A DNA stretch of 63,872 nt, the filler included, from Choristocarpus tenellus KU-1152 (Eukaryota; Protista; Phaeophyceae): NCBI GenBank assembly GCA_964200185.2. It is 16 parts of 16 records of this genome, joined end to end, with 100 filler letters (N's around TTAATTAATTAA, not from the genome) between each part and the next. Parts side by side here need not be neighbours in the genome. Positions count along the whole stretch, not along the records: positions 1 to 2,759 come from CAXNAD020024989.1; positions 2,860 to 11,262 come from CAXNAD020004754.1; positions 11,363 to 13,986 come from CAXNAD020026181.1; 13 more parts are not named here. The stretch is one strand, 5' to 3'. Positions 1 through 11,699 of the stretch are shown here, piece after piece. Each line of letters starts with the position of its first letter. The stretch's first letter is position 1. Both the position numbers and the translations under genes were made by a program. The notes below the pieces were generated by a model that was not told where the DNA came from, searched no databases, and worked only from the letters and a program-made list of their open reading frames with translations.

Positions 1-461
1 CTTGGGTCTTGACAACACCCCTTCTTACCCCAGGTGGGGTTTGGCTAGTCCCCCCCCCCCCCCGCCCCCCCCTGTAGAATACTATGGGCCTTCTTGGACT
101 CCTTAAAATGCAACCCTGCCTTCCTCTCAATTGATCTGGCGCTATATATATAGAAAGGTTTTTGCTCGAAATGAGTACTCCAAGCAAGGGCAAGGAAAGG
201 AAGAACATTCATTGTTATCCCACGATAATCTATGCTAGTGAAAGCATCATATTGACAGCTGCAATTTGTGCAAGTCAGGGTCAGCAGTATACCTGAGGAC
301 ATACTCTCTCACTTTACATCCTCAGAACGATTTTATCACTATGTGAAACGACCACCTTTAGTTGATCTTGACTCTTGAGGCTTCTTATAGGGTTCCACTC
401 CTATGGGGTACATGCCCTAACTGGCCTGCGTGGCTCATACCATCAACCCATCCAGTCTCAC

Positions 462-2674
462 CAACTTTCTTTCAATCTTCTTCCTGGAGCGGTTTTGCCT
501 CCGCTGCTTCTCCTCTGCCTGGCCCATGGCATCAGCCATCTCTTTTTCTAGCTGCCAGAGGAACAGCATCAATTAGGGGGTGCACACATAAAGACAGTCG
601 CCAAATTTGGTCTGTTGTTCTCAACCTGGCAACTGAAGTATCTCAGTGATGTGTAGATTCTACGGTCCAATATCAATAGGAATAATATATACAAAGTTCT
701 TGTTGTAATGGTCAGTTGAAGGTTTAGCGATACACAATTCTACTTCTGGGGGGAGGAAGATCGAACTTTCCAACCTCATTCACCACAACCGTAAAAAAAG
801 AGTTTTTGCTTTGTTCTGAAAATCGTAAGTATGCACTCCAAGCGCGAAAGATAAATGAGATGACCTCAGCACCACACTTCCCCTTGCTTCAGGAGCAGCT
901 CTAGATCGAGTGGGACAAAGCTGGAGCTGTGTGAAATTCAACATAGTGATGCTCGGCCATAAGTGATGTTCAGGTGATCAGATATTAACTTCCAATAACC
1001 ACGATACTCTAACACTGAGCCTGTGCTGCATTGAATGCAGAAACTGAAGCATTCTCGTAGAAAAGAGGGAACTGTGACAACTCAACAAATTCACAAAAAT
1101 AATGCATGAAGCAAAACAACTACTAACTGTAGAGCTCTATATCAGCATTAGCTACTTAAATTGAACTATAACTTACTGGTACAATATAACCTTCAGGATG
1201 AAGGGTGCAGAATTTACTAATCAATGGAGTAACCCTGATCCCCACCCCTCAGGATGTGCTTGTTGTCTAGGCGCTGAATTTCAGTCACTGTGCCCATGGA
1301 CCAACCCCACTCTCCCCCCTTTCTCCTTAAGGGATGTGTCCTGCGAAGTCTGTACAATGCCACAAGGTCAGGGCGTCTTACCTCCGCCTTCTCCTCCAGC
1401 GCTCGAAGTCTCTCCGCTTCCAACTTCAACTCTTTCTTTCGTTTTTGCCTCAACTTGGCCTGGGACAAGAGGACGTTTGAGACTAGGATCAGAAAAGAGT
1501 GCATGACCAGAGATATGATAGGGTCGGGTAAGTTAGATTTTTTGTTTTGTTTCATGTCTGCGCAGTGGAAAATGGAAGTAAGGTCTGAAATCTACTCTGG
1601 AGCTCTTTCCTAGTACTACTCCACATTTTAGAAGTAAGTAAACCTTGCCTGCATCCTTCGGTGTTCTGCATTCTGGCGTGCCAACACCACCTCAGGATCC
1701 TCAACGATGCCAGACTCAGGGGATAGGCCAATGCCCCCCTCCCCCCCCCCTCCATCTCCGCTTTCTTTCCTTCTTCGCCTCTTACTTCCTTCCATTGAGG
1801 AGTAGCCGATTACCTTGGGTGGGGGAAGAGTGTCTTTTACTTCACAAGAGGAAGCATAGCATTATCTGTCACTTGTGCTTTGTTTGGACTCATGATGCGG
1901 ATGTAGTGTGCCGTCACATCATGGCACATTTTTTTTTTCACATTTCTAGTCGTGTTCCGATCATCTGTACTTGAATCCCCAATGGTCCTCCTCCACAAAA
2001 CAGCCCCATCTCTTACGGCCTTCTCCTCCCCCCCCCTTCGCTTCAACTAGTCTGAGTACCCATCTCCAACTTCAAAAGTGTTGAACCAAAGTATCTTAGA
2101 GGGTAGAGCCGAGTCCATTTGGAGGTCAAAATCCATTTTTGTGATTTTGATGTAATTTGGGGTATCGTGTTTGTTAGCAAGTGTCGATATCCTTGTTCCG
2201 GACATATATTTGATACCTACTCGAAAATGTACACATGTTCGAACATGTGTACATTTTATCTTGTTCGAAGCATTTTGGAATAGGAAAATGTCATTAAAAA
2301 AAATGAGAAGCCAAGCCCCAAACGGATAAACAGGGTAAAACCCGTGCTCTCTAAGATACTTTCACTCGCTTCTTCATTCAACTCTTGCCTCTCCCTCTGC
2401 ATAGCTCAAATTATCCCCAACACTGCCTTGTCTTCTGATTACGTTTCCCACCACCCCGATCCTCCCCACACCCACTGCCTTACTTTCCACTTCTCACCTT
2501 CCTCTGTAACATATCTAGTTTCCTAGCCATCTCATCCCGTGCCTCCCGCTCTTTCTCTACCTCCAAGTACTTTGCCTCCAGCTCCTGGCCGTCATCATCA
2601 TCCCCATCCCAGAAAAGTCGTACAGAGTGGACACAGGGGGATGTGTGGGTAGATCGAAACGAGAGGAAGGTTTT
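462..2674 (-). CDS. Partial multi-exon gene, charged coiled-coil protein of unknown function
   Basis: Four phase-0 exons join into one open frame: 2674-2561 (..RLFWDGDDDDGQELEAKYLE), 1813-1649 (VIGYSSMEGSKRRRRK..LARQNAEHRRMQ; GC donor), 1459-1382 (AKLRQKRKKELKLEAERLRALEEKAE) and 551-462 (LEKEMADAMGQAEEKQRRQNRSRKKIERKL). Acceptors are AG, mostly pyrimidine-rich; the 2674 acceptor is least certain. Confidence 0.72.
2083..2367 (+). mobile_element. MITE family A (~260-285 bp), intronic
   Basis: TIRs GAACCAAAGTATCTTAGAGGG...CTCTCTAAGATACTTTCACTC; homologous copies at 5561, 29449, 30482 and 46089. Confidence 0.88.
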
Positions 2675-2759
2675 CTATAAACAATTCTACCTTGAAACAC
2701 TCCTCACATACATGGAACAGGCTCAAAGTATCTGGGAGGGGGTGGCGGCTGTCCATTTG

Positions 2760-2859
2760 NNNNNNNNNNNNNNNNNNNNNNNNNNNNNNNNNNNNNNNNN
2801 NNNTTAATTAATTAANNNNNNNNNNNNNNNNNNNNNNNNNNNNNNNNNNNNNNNNNNNN
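2760..2859. other. Artificial contig-joining spacer N44-TTAATTAATTAA-N44 (first of 15)
   Basis: Identical 100-nt cassette with six-frame stops at 2760-2859, 11263-11362, 13987-14086, 17953-18052, 21931-22030, 24954-25053, 28707-28806, 33086-33185, 36188-36287, 41204-41303, 45889-45988, 51041-51140, 54932-55031, 58278-58377 and 61249-61348. Confidence 0.98.
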
Positions 2860-3540
2860 CCGCTAATAAATAAATCCATACAACTTAAAGCAAAGACTCT
2901 ATTGGAAGAGTTCTCTTTTGCATAAGTCCAACAAATGGCATCACAAATGCATGTCTCATCTATTTTCCAACCCAGTTCAAGACCCTTGATCCCCTTGTCA
3001 ATATCATTAACAGCACCGTAGTCCCATTATAACAAGATAAAAACACACCATCATAGACTGCACAATTGTATTTTGGCAAGTAGCAAAAAACAAAGCCGAT
3101 TCTTAATTGCACTGATTCAATTCAATTTTCACCTTAGGGTTAGGGTTAACAACACATTACTTTCTTATTCTTTGTAGGGAGTTGAGTCACATGCCTCAGT
3201 TTCCTTCCCTCCTCCCCCGTCTTTCCTCCTACCTTCTCATGTACTTTATTCACTTCAAGTTAAAGACATGCTGCTTCCTGAGACACCACCAAGGAGGGGC
3301 GTATGCCTTGAAAAAAAATACTTGCTATCATTTTATTCACTATGCCAGTTTTGTTAAACGTAGCGAGTGTTCTCGAATAGTAAAGATATCATCCTTCGAT
3401 TCATTTCTCTTCTTCTAATAAGTGTCAATTCAGTGGTAGGTGATAGTGTGCAACCCTGGTTAGCACAAAATAAGACAACATATGGCACACACATGCACAT
3501 ACACACCAAACACACCCATATGCCCTTGTCCTCTGTACAG

Positions 3541-3726
3541 CTGTAGCTGATGTCATTGGGTACTCTGATGGCAAGGGAGGGGAAAAGGTGTGCCCTGGAC
3601 CCCTGTATCCCCACTCTCCCCCTTGAGAATTACTTGCCTTGCACATCTTTTCATCCTCATCGTTCAGGGGTATCCACCGCTTGGAGAGGCGTGTCTTCCC
3701 TTGATGGTTTTGCAAGAGGAGGAACT
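3541..3726 (+). CDS. Two putative small exons, possibly part of a C2-like domain
   Basis: Exons 3541-3587 and 3668-3726 have AG/GT sites and compatible phase, giving VADVIGYSDGKGGEK|GYPPLGEACLPLMVLQEEE. LGEAxLPL resembles a C2 strand motif (inference). Confidence 0.35.
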
Positions 3727-4299
3727 GTATGTATCTGTGCCATGGAAATAGCGTAATTTCAAATATCATGCCACACGCACACAGACAAGACAGCAGAAGA
3801 AGACAAAAAATGCAAGCTATTGCCAGTGACTTACCGACATACGATTGAAGTACAGGGAAAGGTTAGCAATGGATTGTCTTGCATAGGGTTAGGCTTACGC
3901 TAAATTAGTCAAACACCTTCCAATCCACAAGTCTACATTTTATCGGGAACACCTCTTGAGAGATGAAAAATATCCGTCCTCGAGGTCAGTCCTTGCCCAC
4001 GATTCCTCCTCAGTCACACCATGGATGATATATTCGGCGGGAAGAGGTGAGGGGTAGAGGGGACCTAGAGATAGCTCGTTGTATGATGATTTGAGGAAGA
4101 AAATTATTCGAAATACTCCAGAACCACATCAGGCCGACCGGAACGCTTTGATATCACTGCACGATAAGCCCTTTTACACTGTCGTGATGATATCATATTT
4201 ATCTATACTTGATACTGCTTGAATGTGTGCCCTTACAACTGTCGACTTTCATCGATCGATCACGGCCAATTCAGAACACCTCCGCTCCTCTTGAGGATG

Positions 4300-5075
4300 T
4301 TCTAGTGAGACATGCTGGTGACAAGGGTCATTGTCAAGAGTCGTGCACATAACATAGCCCCCAAATCTGGGATGGATAGTTCCTAAACTTGATTGGGAAC
4401 TCATGTTGGGCAAGATCTAGCCAGAAGAAAACGTAGGATAGTGGAACGATCACAAGGTAGGTTGGGCCCAGAGAACATATTTGCTTGCTAGCGCCTCCAC
4501 AATATATTCAAAAACAGTGAAGATACACAAGAGAACTGTCGCGAATGGTTGTGTAAGAATATTTGAGCATTGAAGTTGACAAAACACTCACAACAGCAAC
4601 CTCTCAGAACACGGTGCTTTGAACTCTTAGTCGCGGGAAAAATATCTATGCCCACCATGGTCACGGTGTCCACAAAGGTCACTTCTGGCGACCACCACAT
4701 CGTTTATGATCTCATCTCCCTCTGTTTGGTTGTTAGATCTTGAAATTGATGAAATGCCAAGATCTGTCAACTCTCCGTACCATTTTTTGAAATCGGACGA
4801 GGTTTACTCTTTCTCCTCCGGTGGAGCTCGAGGCAAGGTCATTTACTGATTCTCTCCACCACGCACTCCACCTCAACACTTTCGTAGTGGAAGGTTTTGG
4901 GCGTCTCGGCAAGAAAGCAGAACGTTTTTTAGATGAATTGGCTACACATTCAGTGGGGGAAACAAAGGGCAAGAGTTTAGAACAGGAAAGGTGAGCTCAA
5001 ATCCCGCTTATGACAAATAGTGTCGGTGGCGACACAAGTGGCTCTTTTGAGAACCATCACGACGTTTCAAGTTAG
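4300..5075 (+). pseudogene. Degenerate RLE-type (CRE/NeSL-like) non-LTR retrotransposon, 3' region
   Basis: About 4868-5075 translates, with a frameshift and stops, to HLNTFVVEGFGRLGKKAERFLDELATHSVG...KGELKSRL*QIVSVATQVALLR. This matches the ExFGRLG restriction-like endonuclease C-terminus of such elements. The upstream limit is approximate. Confidence 0.7.
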
Positions 5076-5560
5076 AGAAATCAGGCAGATGGGAAGAAGG
5101 GGCCTATCACGTTCTTGGGATGCTTACCTAGCTCCTCCCCCGCTTGCTTAGGGCTAAGCTAGGTTAGAGGCATAGCAACGTTGTACACAAAAGTAATTTC
5201 CAACCCTTAAGGGAGTGTTGTAGTATTCGTAGTACATCCAAAGAGTAAGTAGTCTTTGGACACGCATCTTTCACATTTACGACAACTGTTGCTTTTACAG
5301 AGGTCCTTGTGATACTGATTTTTCCCTCACAAATCTGGAAAATTTCAGAGGGCAAAAAAATGTATATACGCTCCATCTCGTTTTAGTTTCGTCTTGTAGC
5401 ACATCATTCCACCGTACTAGTATATACACATCAGCACCTAACACCACATGGTTCAACCACAATCTGAACTCGCTAAATTAAACAATTCAGCTGCCTCATC
5501 AAGGAGAGAAAACAATGTTGCATTCACAGTAGTTGATCTATCTCATTGCCAATCAAAGAA

Positions 5561-5819
5561 GAGTGAAAGTATCTTAGAAGGTACGAGTTTTGCCCTGTTT
5601 GTCCATTTGGGGCTTGGCTTCCCAAGGGTTCTTTTATGACATTATCCTACTCCTAATTGTTTAGGAGTAGGGGAAGTGTATATGTTATGAAAAGGTGTGT
5701 CCAGAACATTGATATTGACACTTCTTAACAGACACGATATTCAAAATTACATCAAAATCGCAACATTGGATTTTGGCTCCCAAATGGACGCAGCTCTACC
5801 CTCTAAGATACTTCGGTTC
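5561..5819 (-). mobile_element. MITE family A with 4-bp TSD AGAA
   Basis: AGAA|GAGTGAAAGTATCTTAGAAGG...CCCTCTAAGATACTTCGGTTC|AGAA; reverse orientation relative to the 2083 copy. Confidence 0.9.
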
Positions 5820-8334
5820 AGAAGTCTATCCCACCCCACAACCCCTCCTTCATATAACCCCGTTGCTTCTACAATAAAAATTTTCATGTCACCTATTTTG
5901 TTAAGGTCTGAGTCTCTGCGCCAGTATATCATTTCCAGAGGATTGAGCGACCTCTTGGGAAATAGTACATACTTTACTCTGCACAGAAGTTTTTAATCGT
6001 GATTGGCTTTCGGTTTACTCTCCTCATTACAGGAATATAGTTACAAACGTTTGTTCGTGAGATGCCCATTTCTACTTCTATTTTTCATCTTCTCTGCACT
6101 CCTCCCCAACAATTTTACACCGGAGGTTTTCCGATGATAGGATGGGGACAAGGTGAACACCTTTTCAGTCCAGAACCCTATATTAAATATAGTAACCCAC
6201 ACTCCAAGAACATGTCTGTAACGCATTTTCCACCTACAACTTTTTACGGTCATGAAACGTTATGAAACGTCATGCTATGAGTGGTGTACAAAACATGACA
6301 ATGAATGCTCGCCTACGACCATACCTGTACCAGAAAATGGTTTTACAGCTAGGGAAGGTAAACTCCCAATCAAGCAAGGCATGAAAACTCGTCACCTCGT
6401 CCATCGTAATACGCGAACGAGGTGGGGAACTGCCAAGATAACACAAATAGTTGTAGTCGAACCAAATCCTCGAACGCAACGAGGAATAGGTCAATTCGTG
6501 TACTGCCTGTCCTTTTCCGACCAAAGACGGTGGTGGATAAATCTGCCCCATCTAACCTCGGATTTCATTTGCACTTGATATGAGGAGAAGTTTGCACAGA
6601 TATTTTATGGGAGACAGATGGTGTCGCTGGGACTTTGCTCGCTTACAATAAGATCTCCATCCCCAGAACAATCACCTGCTTTGCCGTGTAACCTCCTTCC
6701 CAGTCTGCTCGGGTCGTTGATTATTCATCGACATGGGCTGGGCCGATGGAATCTTATGCTTGACGCTATGGAAAATAAACACATGCACATTATTGATGCC
6801 GACTGGGTGCTTAAGGGCTCCCCGTTGCCCGAGGCAGACTGTTTCTGTGACAGATCAGTCGATGAGACCGCGTCATGCTTAGCGCTTGTGAAGAAGCTAA
6901 GCCAGGTAACATATATATCCAAGCCATTACCTGCAATCCCAGCAACGTAAATCTCCGACTCATAGTGGGTTGCTCGCTTCTAGGTAAGTGTTTCCTGATT
7001 CATGACCGAACTTACTTAAACGTCGATAGCCTGCTTCCCTTTTCGGTGACTGCCACTACTATTACTACTAGAAGGCCATTTTGTCTTCATTTTTTATTGC
7101 TACTCAGTTCGACCTTCTTTATCGCCGCGCTGTACGCTTTGTCATCCTTGAGATGCAGGAGAACGACACGGTGGCAAAAGGCTCATTTTTTGGCCCAGCG
7201 AGTGTCGTGTTGGTCGTTGTTTTATCTGAACTTGTGGCTACGATTACACGCCATCTCTTGAACGATGGTCGACCAGATTCAGGAACCGCGAAAAGAAGTG
7301 GTCCCCACGGACGGGTGGAGGCTCTAATCTCAGGTGTGCATACTGCGTGACTCCTTCCCCTCTACCTTGGTGTACACGTCCCTTCAGAACATACAAATTC
7401 AATCACCCATTATTGACCTCTGTGCCAAGGAAACTACGGTCATGCATTCACCTTGTCCATGAGAATCCCCTGTGATCCTCCTGCGTCCCACATGCTGTCC
7501 TTTCCATGGTAACATGTGCCTTCACCATTTCGAAAATTCCCCTAAGGCACTGACATCACTTTCCATCCACATCCGTGGAATCAGGCTGGGAGACCACCTG
7601 TAATTCCCCCGTGCGATGTTTATTGAGAACAGAGTCTGGGATGGACAGGCACGGGTGGCTGGCTTCTCCATGAGGGGGTCAGTGCAAGGTAGATACGCTA
7701 GGGGTATCCTGGCTACGAGACCCCTTCCGTTGTCAACTGGTAGGTTTTGCCTGCCTGAACTCTCAACACATCAGTGAATCACACTGGTTCTGTGCACACT
7801 GTGTGACACCCTGCCCCAAGCTATTGTGGTTTGTGTCTCAATCTACTACCGGCAAGGTGTGAGACATGTCAACCATGGAGTGACTCACGCAACATTACTC
7901 CTATTCAAGAGGGGTCGTGGAGAGTTTCACAGATACATGGTATTGAAATTATTGTTCTGGTTCAATACCTGAACTTCATCTCGAGGTAGTTGGAAGACAA
8001 TGGTTTTGAATGGGCATCTAGCTCAGTCCATCATTGGGAGGTTGTTCGGTGAAGGCTGACTTTAAACGTAATTCTACAAGATCTGCATGCTACCTCATGT
8101 CTAAAGATGAGGTATTAACCCACGTCTCTTTGTTGATCACACTCCTGAGCCAACCTCACCTTGAACAGTAGCATGCCTTCCTTTTTCCTTTCCACTGTGA
8201 CTTACTATTTCTCAATCATATATAAGCAGAATCAGTGGAGACTCTTCACGAGTATGCATTAGGGATGTTTGTGGTGAGAGAGATTGTCGTATACCTTGGA
8301 ACTCTACATGGTGTGCAGTCCTTCTTGCTTTGGG

Positions 8335-8891
8335 GGCATTCCACACAGGAGACAATTCCTGTGAATGACATACCAAATGCTATGGAGTAGAAAAGAAGTC
8401 AAATATTTGGTACTATCATCAGCTCGGCGAGAACTTGTGAGGATCACTATTGATTCTACATCTCATCACTGATCCTTACCCCCCAATATAGCAGGTATGG
8501 TCAAGACTGTTACTGCAAGGTATGCAGCATCTCCAGCAGGAAGATCACCTCTGACTTCGAGAGCAAACCTTGATGTTGAAAGTTGTAATAGGTCTATCAG
8601 CGCTGAAGGGCATAAAGTTTAACTGGGTGGAAGACTCCACATGGTGAGAGACCAGTTTGAACTTTCAACATCAAGGTTTGCTCTCATAGTCAGAGGCAGT
8701 CTTCCTGCTGGAGATGGTACCTACCCTGCAGTAACAGTCTTGATCATACTTGCTTTATTGGGGAGGTTATGATCAGTGTTGTGACATGAGAACAATATGG
8801 ATCCTCAAAGGTTGTTGCCAAGCATCTGGTATTCCACACAGGAGGGAATCCCTGTTGCTGACATAAATGTTCTGGGGATAGAAAACAAGTC
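8335..8891 (+). repeat. ~65-bp diverged direct repeats flanking the hairpin
   Basis: 8335-8400 GGCATTCCACACAGGAGAC...GAAAAGAAGTC versus 8828-8891 GGTATTCCACACAGGAGGG...GAAAACAAGTC. Confidence 0.8.
8422..8823. ncRNA. Long imperfect hairpin (candidate pre-miRNA/hairpin RNA)
   Basis: Arms 8422-8601 and 8643-8823 are reverse complements with perfect blocks of 17, 17 and 26 nt and a ~41-nt loop. The inverted repeat is directly visible; RNA function is inference. Confidence 0.5.
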
Positions 8892-11699
8892 TCGCGAACT
8901 TCAGCTTGAAATATTTTGTTAAAACTCGGAGGGCCTTTATTGCTTTCTTCCACACAATTGTTTGGAGGCATTCACTTGGGACATTTTCTTGTGTCTACAT
9001 AAGTGCTATCCGTACATCTTCTCCAGCATGCAAACGGAAGGAAGAGGACCGCTTGCACCTTTCATTCTTTGTGACAATTCCACTTGGCCATCTCCCTTCA
9101 CTCCCCTTGCCTCCATTTCATGGCAACTCTTCTCGCAACATTGATATCGCTCCTGCACTGCCACCACTTCCCCTTGAAACACACCATGCCATCCCCAATC
9201 TCTAAGGATGCCACTTGCCACGCGGAGGGTGCAATGGAGATGGAGGATGGATATACTGAAGAAGTCATGATGAACCCTGAGGAGAACTCAGTGTGCAGGA
9301 CAGGGAATATGCCGATGAGGTGAAGGGTGCAGAGGCCATGTACCACAGGCACCACTTGCCATGGTTTGATACTGTTCCATTTTATGCAGCAGGAGCCATT
9401 TCAAACGTGGCATGGGGTATTACTTCAAATGCTTCATACTCCATAGGATCACTGCTGGGAAGGAGGGAGAGGACACAGGGCATCCCTCCAGTAGATGCAT
9501 CATCATACCTAGTGATAATAGAAATGGTGTTGCCCATGTTATCAGTTGCCGCTGCTCAACCAGGTATGAGCTATACTGAGCTACTCCCAGGAGTACTAGG
9601 GAAGAGCTCAAGGGGGTGATTTGATTGGCTGAGGTTGTTGTGGTTCAGGAACGATTGGTGAGCAGGGGGGGGGCTTCCTTTGTACCCTTCTTGTGCTAGA
9701 CTGTGAGGTGTCATAATTACTACCCCCCTCATCCTGTCCCCACTCCTAGTTGTTTTTGTGCGGTTATTGGACTACAAATTATTGGTTGATTTGCAGGTCT
9801 TGAGCAGTGGTCAATCACGTATGTGCCCATGATATTGTGTGCATTTGAATATACCCCCCTTTGGATGCCTACTTACTCCTGCAAATGCTTACACAGTTGA
9901 TAATGTTTGTGCATTTGTGTCCTCGCAACAAGCTCTCTTCTGAGTCATTATTCCCAAGGATAAGACAGGTTTCTCTGGAGATACATGTCGATAGCATTGT
10001 ATAGCACAGCAATATATTGTATGTGCTCTTCCTTGGTATCACTAAGGGCCCCTGTACACCTATGCAAACATTGCAAGTCTTGAATACCACGCATAGGTAC
10101 CTTTCCTTTCAAATTTGGACCCACAAAACTGCCTCCACCACCTGAACCAATATCTCCGTATATTTTGTCCCTGATTCGACCTGCCGAGGAAAACTGGCAT
10201 CGAAATTGATCAGATACCCCTGGGAGTGGGTGCATGATGTTATCAACAAACCCAGTAGGCAGCAATACATTGTAATGACGCATGCACACTACAGCCAATC
10301 CGGTTGTCTATTGCAGTGCTCTAGCTGAGGTGGCCTGCAGATACAGGTCCAACCACGAGTGGAACAGCACCTCTCCAGTACTTCTCCTCAACCTTTTCCC
10401 TGTTGCCTTATGGTAGTTGCGGTATACCTCCTGTTCTGCTCATCGTTGCCATTACCCTTGATTACTGATGGTTGTGTACCTGCCTGCTTCTCACATGGCC
10501 TAACATTAGTTCATTCAGGTGATGTCCATTGCGTGGTCCAAATTGAGGCCATGAACAAGGTCGAAGTACTTCCAACTATGATTTGCAACGGGAATGATCG
10601 AGATTCTTCCCAAGACAAGGTAGGCAGATATTTCCCTCCAACAGAGGCCAAACGTAAAACAAACCATATGCTGTGGTACAGGTATTACTTTTGCAGGTCT
10701 GTTGAGGAGCTGCATGGGTCGCTTGGTTTTGACAGTGGTACTTTTTAAAGTTAAGATTGGTACACATATTTTGATTGACCATGAATGGATGAATTGCGAT
10801 TATTTCTTCATTCTTTGGCGTGCAAATGCCCATAAAGCATACGGAAGACTCATTACCAGGCCTGTTACAGATTTCGCTGGTTCAATAGCTTGAGAGTTAT
10901 TTGTCATCCTTTGTTAATTCTTTGCTACGAAATGTATACAATGCACAGAAGGGTAGAAGAGGGATTTCACCCGCCACACCCACATATTGCTCATATTCTC
11001 AAAGTATAATGAGGCTGTGCATATGTAGACATAACATAAAATATACATATACACTACTGTTACAGATTTTTCCTAGGCACAGGGCAGCACAGTACCCACC
11101 TTGACAATTCTTGACTTCTCAATACTACATATACTGTGGTTTTTGCCCCGGAGTCTGAGCCTTACTGGCCCTGGCTTCAAACATCTTTGAACCAAGCCTG
11201 GTTTTGAACCCATGCCCCACTACGCATGAAGAACTGACCCAAAGTATCTGGGGGAGGAGGGGNNNNNNNNNNNNNNNNNNNNNNNNNNNNNNNNNNNNNN
11301 NNNNNNTTAATTAATTAANNNNNNNNNNNNNNNNNNNNNNNNNNNNNNNNNNNNNNNNNNNNTGTGGACGTTGCAAATCCCACATGGTAGTCTGCACTGG
11401 TCTTACCCACCTTCTCAGTCGCGGAATCGAGACCACAAGTCCCCTGTAATATTTACCTTACTCATCTACATCAAGGTGTTCTTTATCCTTCATTAAAGCA
11501 CCATAAACGCCGCGGGTCCAGTGTGGGATAGTTCAACAGGTCCCACCCATCGTCACACAACATCTCAGCACCTCGCCAAGAGTCATACGACTCTCGCTTA
11601 GTCTCCACACCATGTGCAACCTGAGTCCCATAGCCTATATGACCACTCAGCGAGTTCATCGCCTTTCACCAAAAGCACTTTGGCCAGGGGAAAAAATTG

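Noticed and set aside
11170-11240. tRNA/SINE-like B box (GGGTTCAAAACC on the minus strand)
   Set aside because: No cloverleaf or A box is recognisable; no tRNA or rRNA genes could be supported anywhere in the window.
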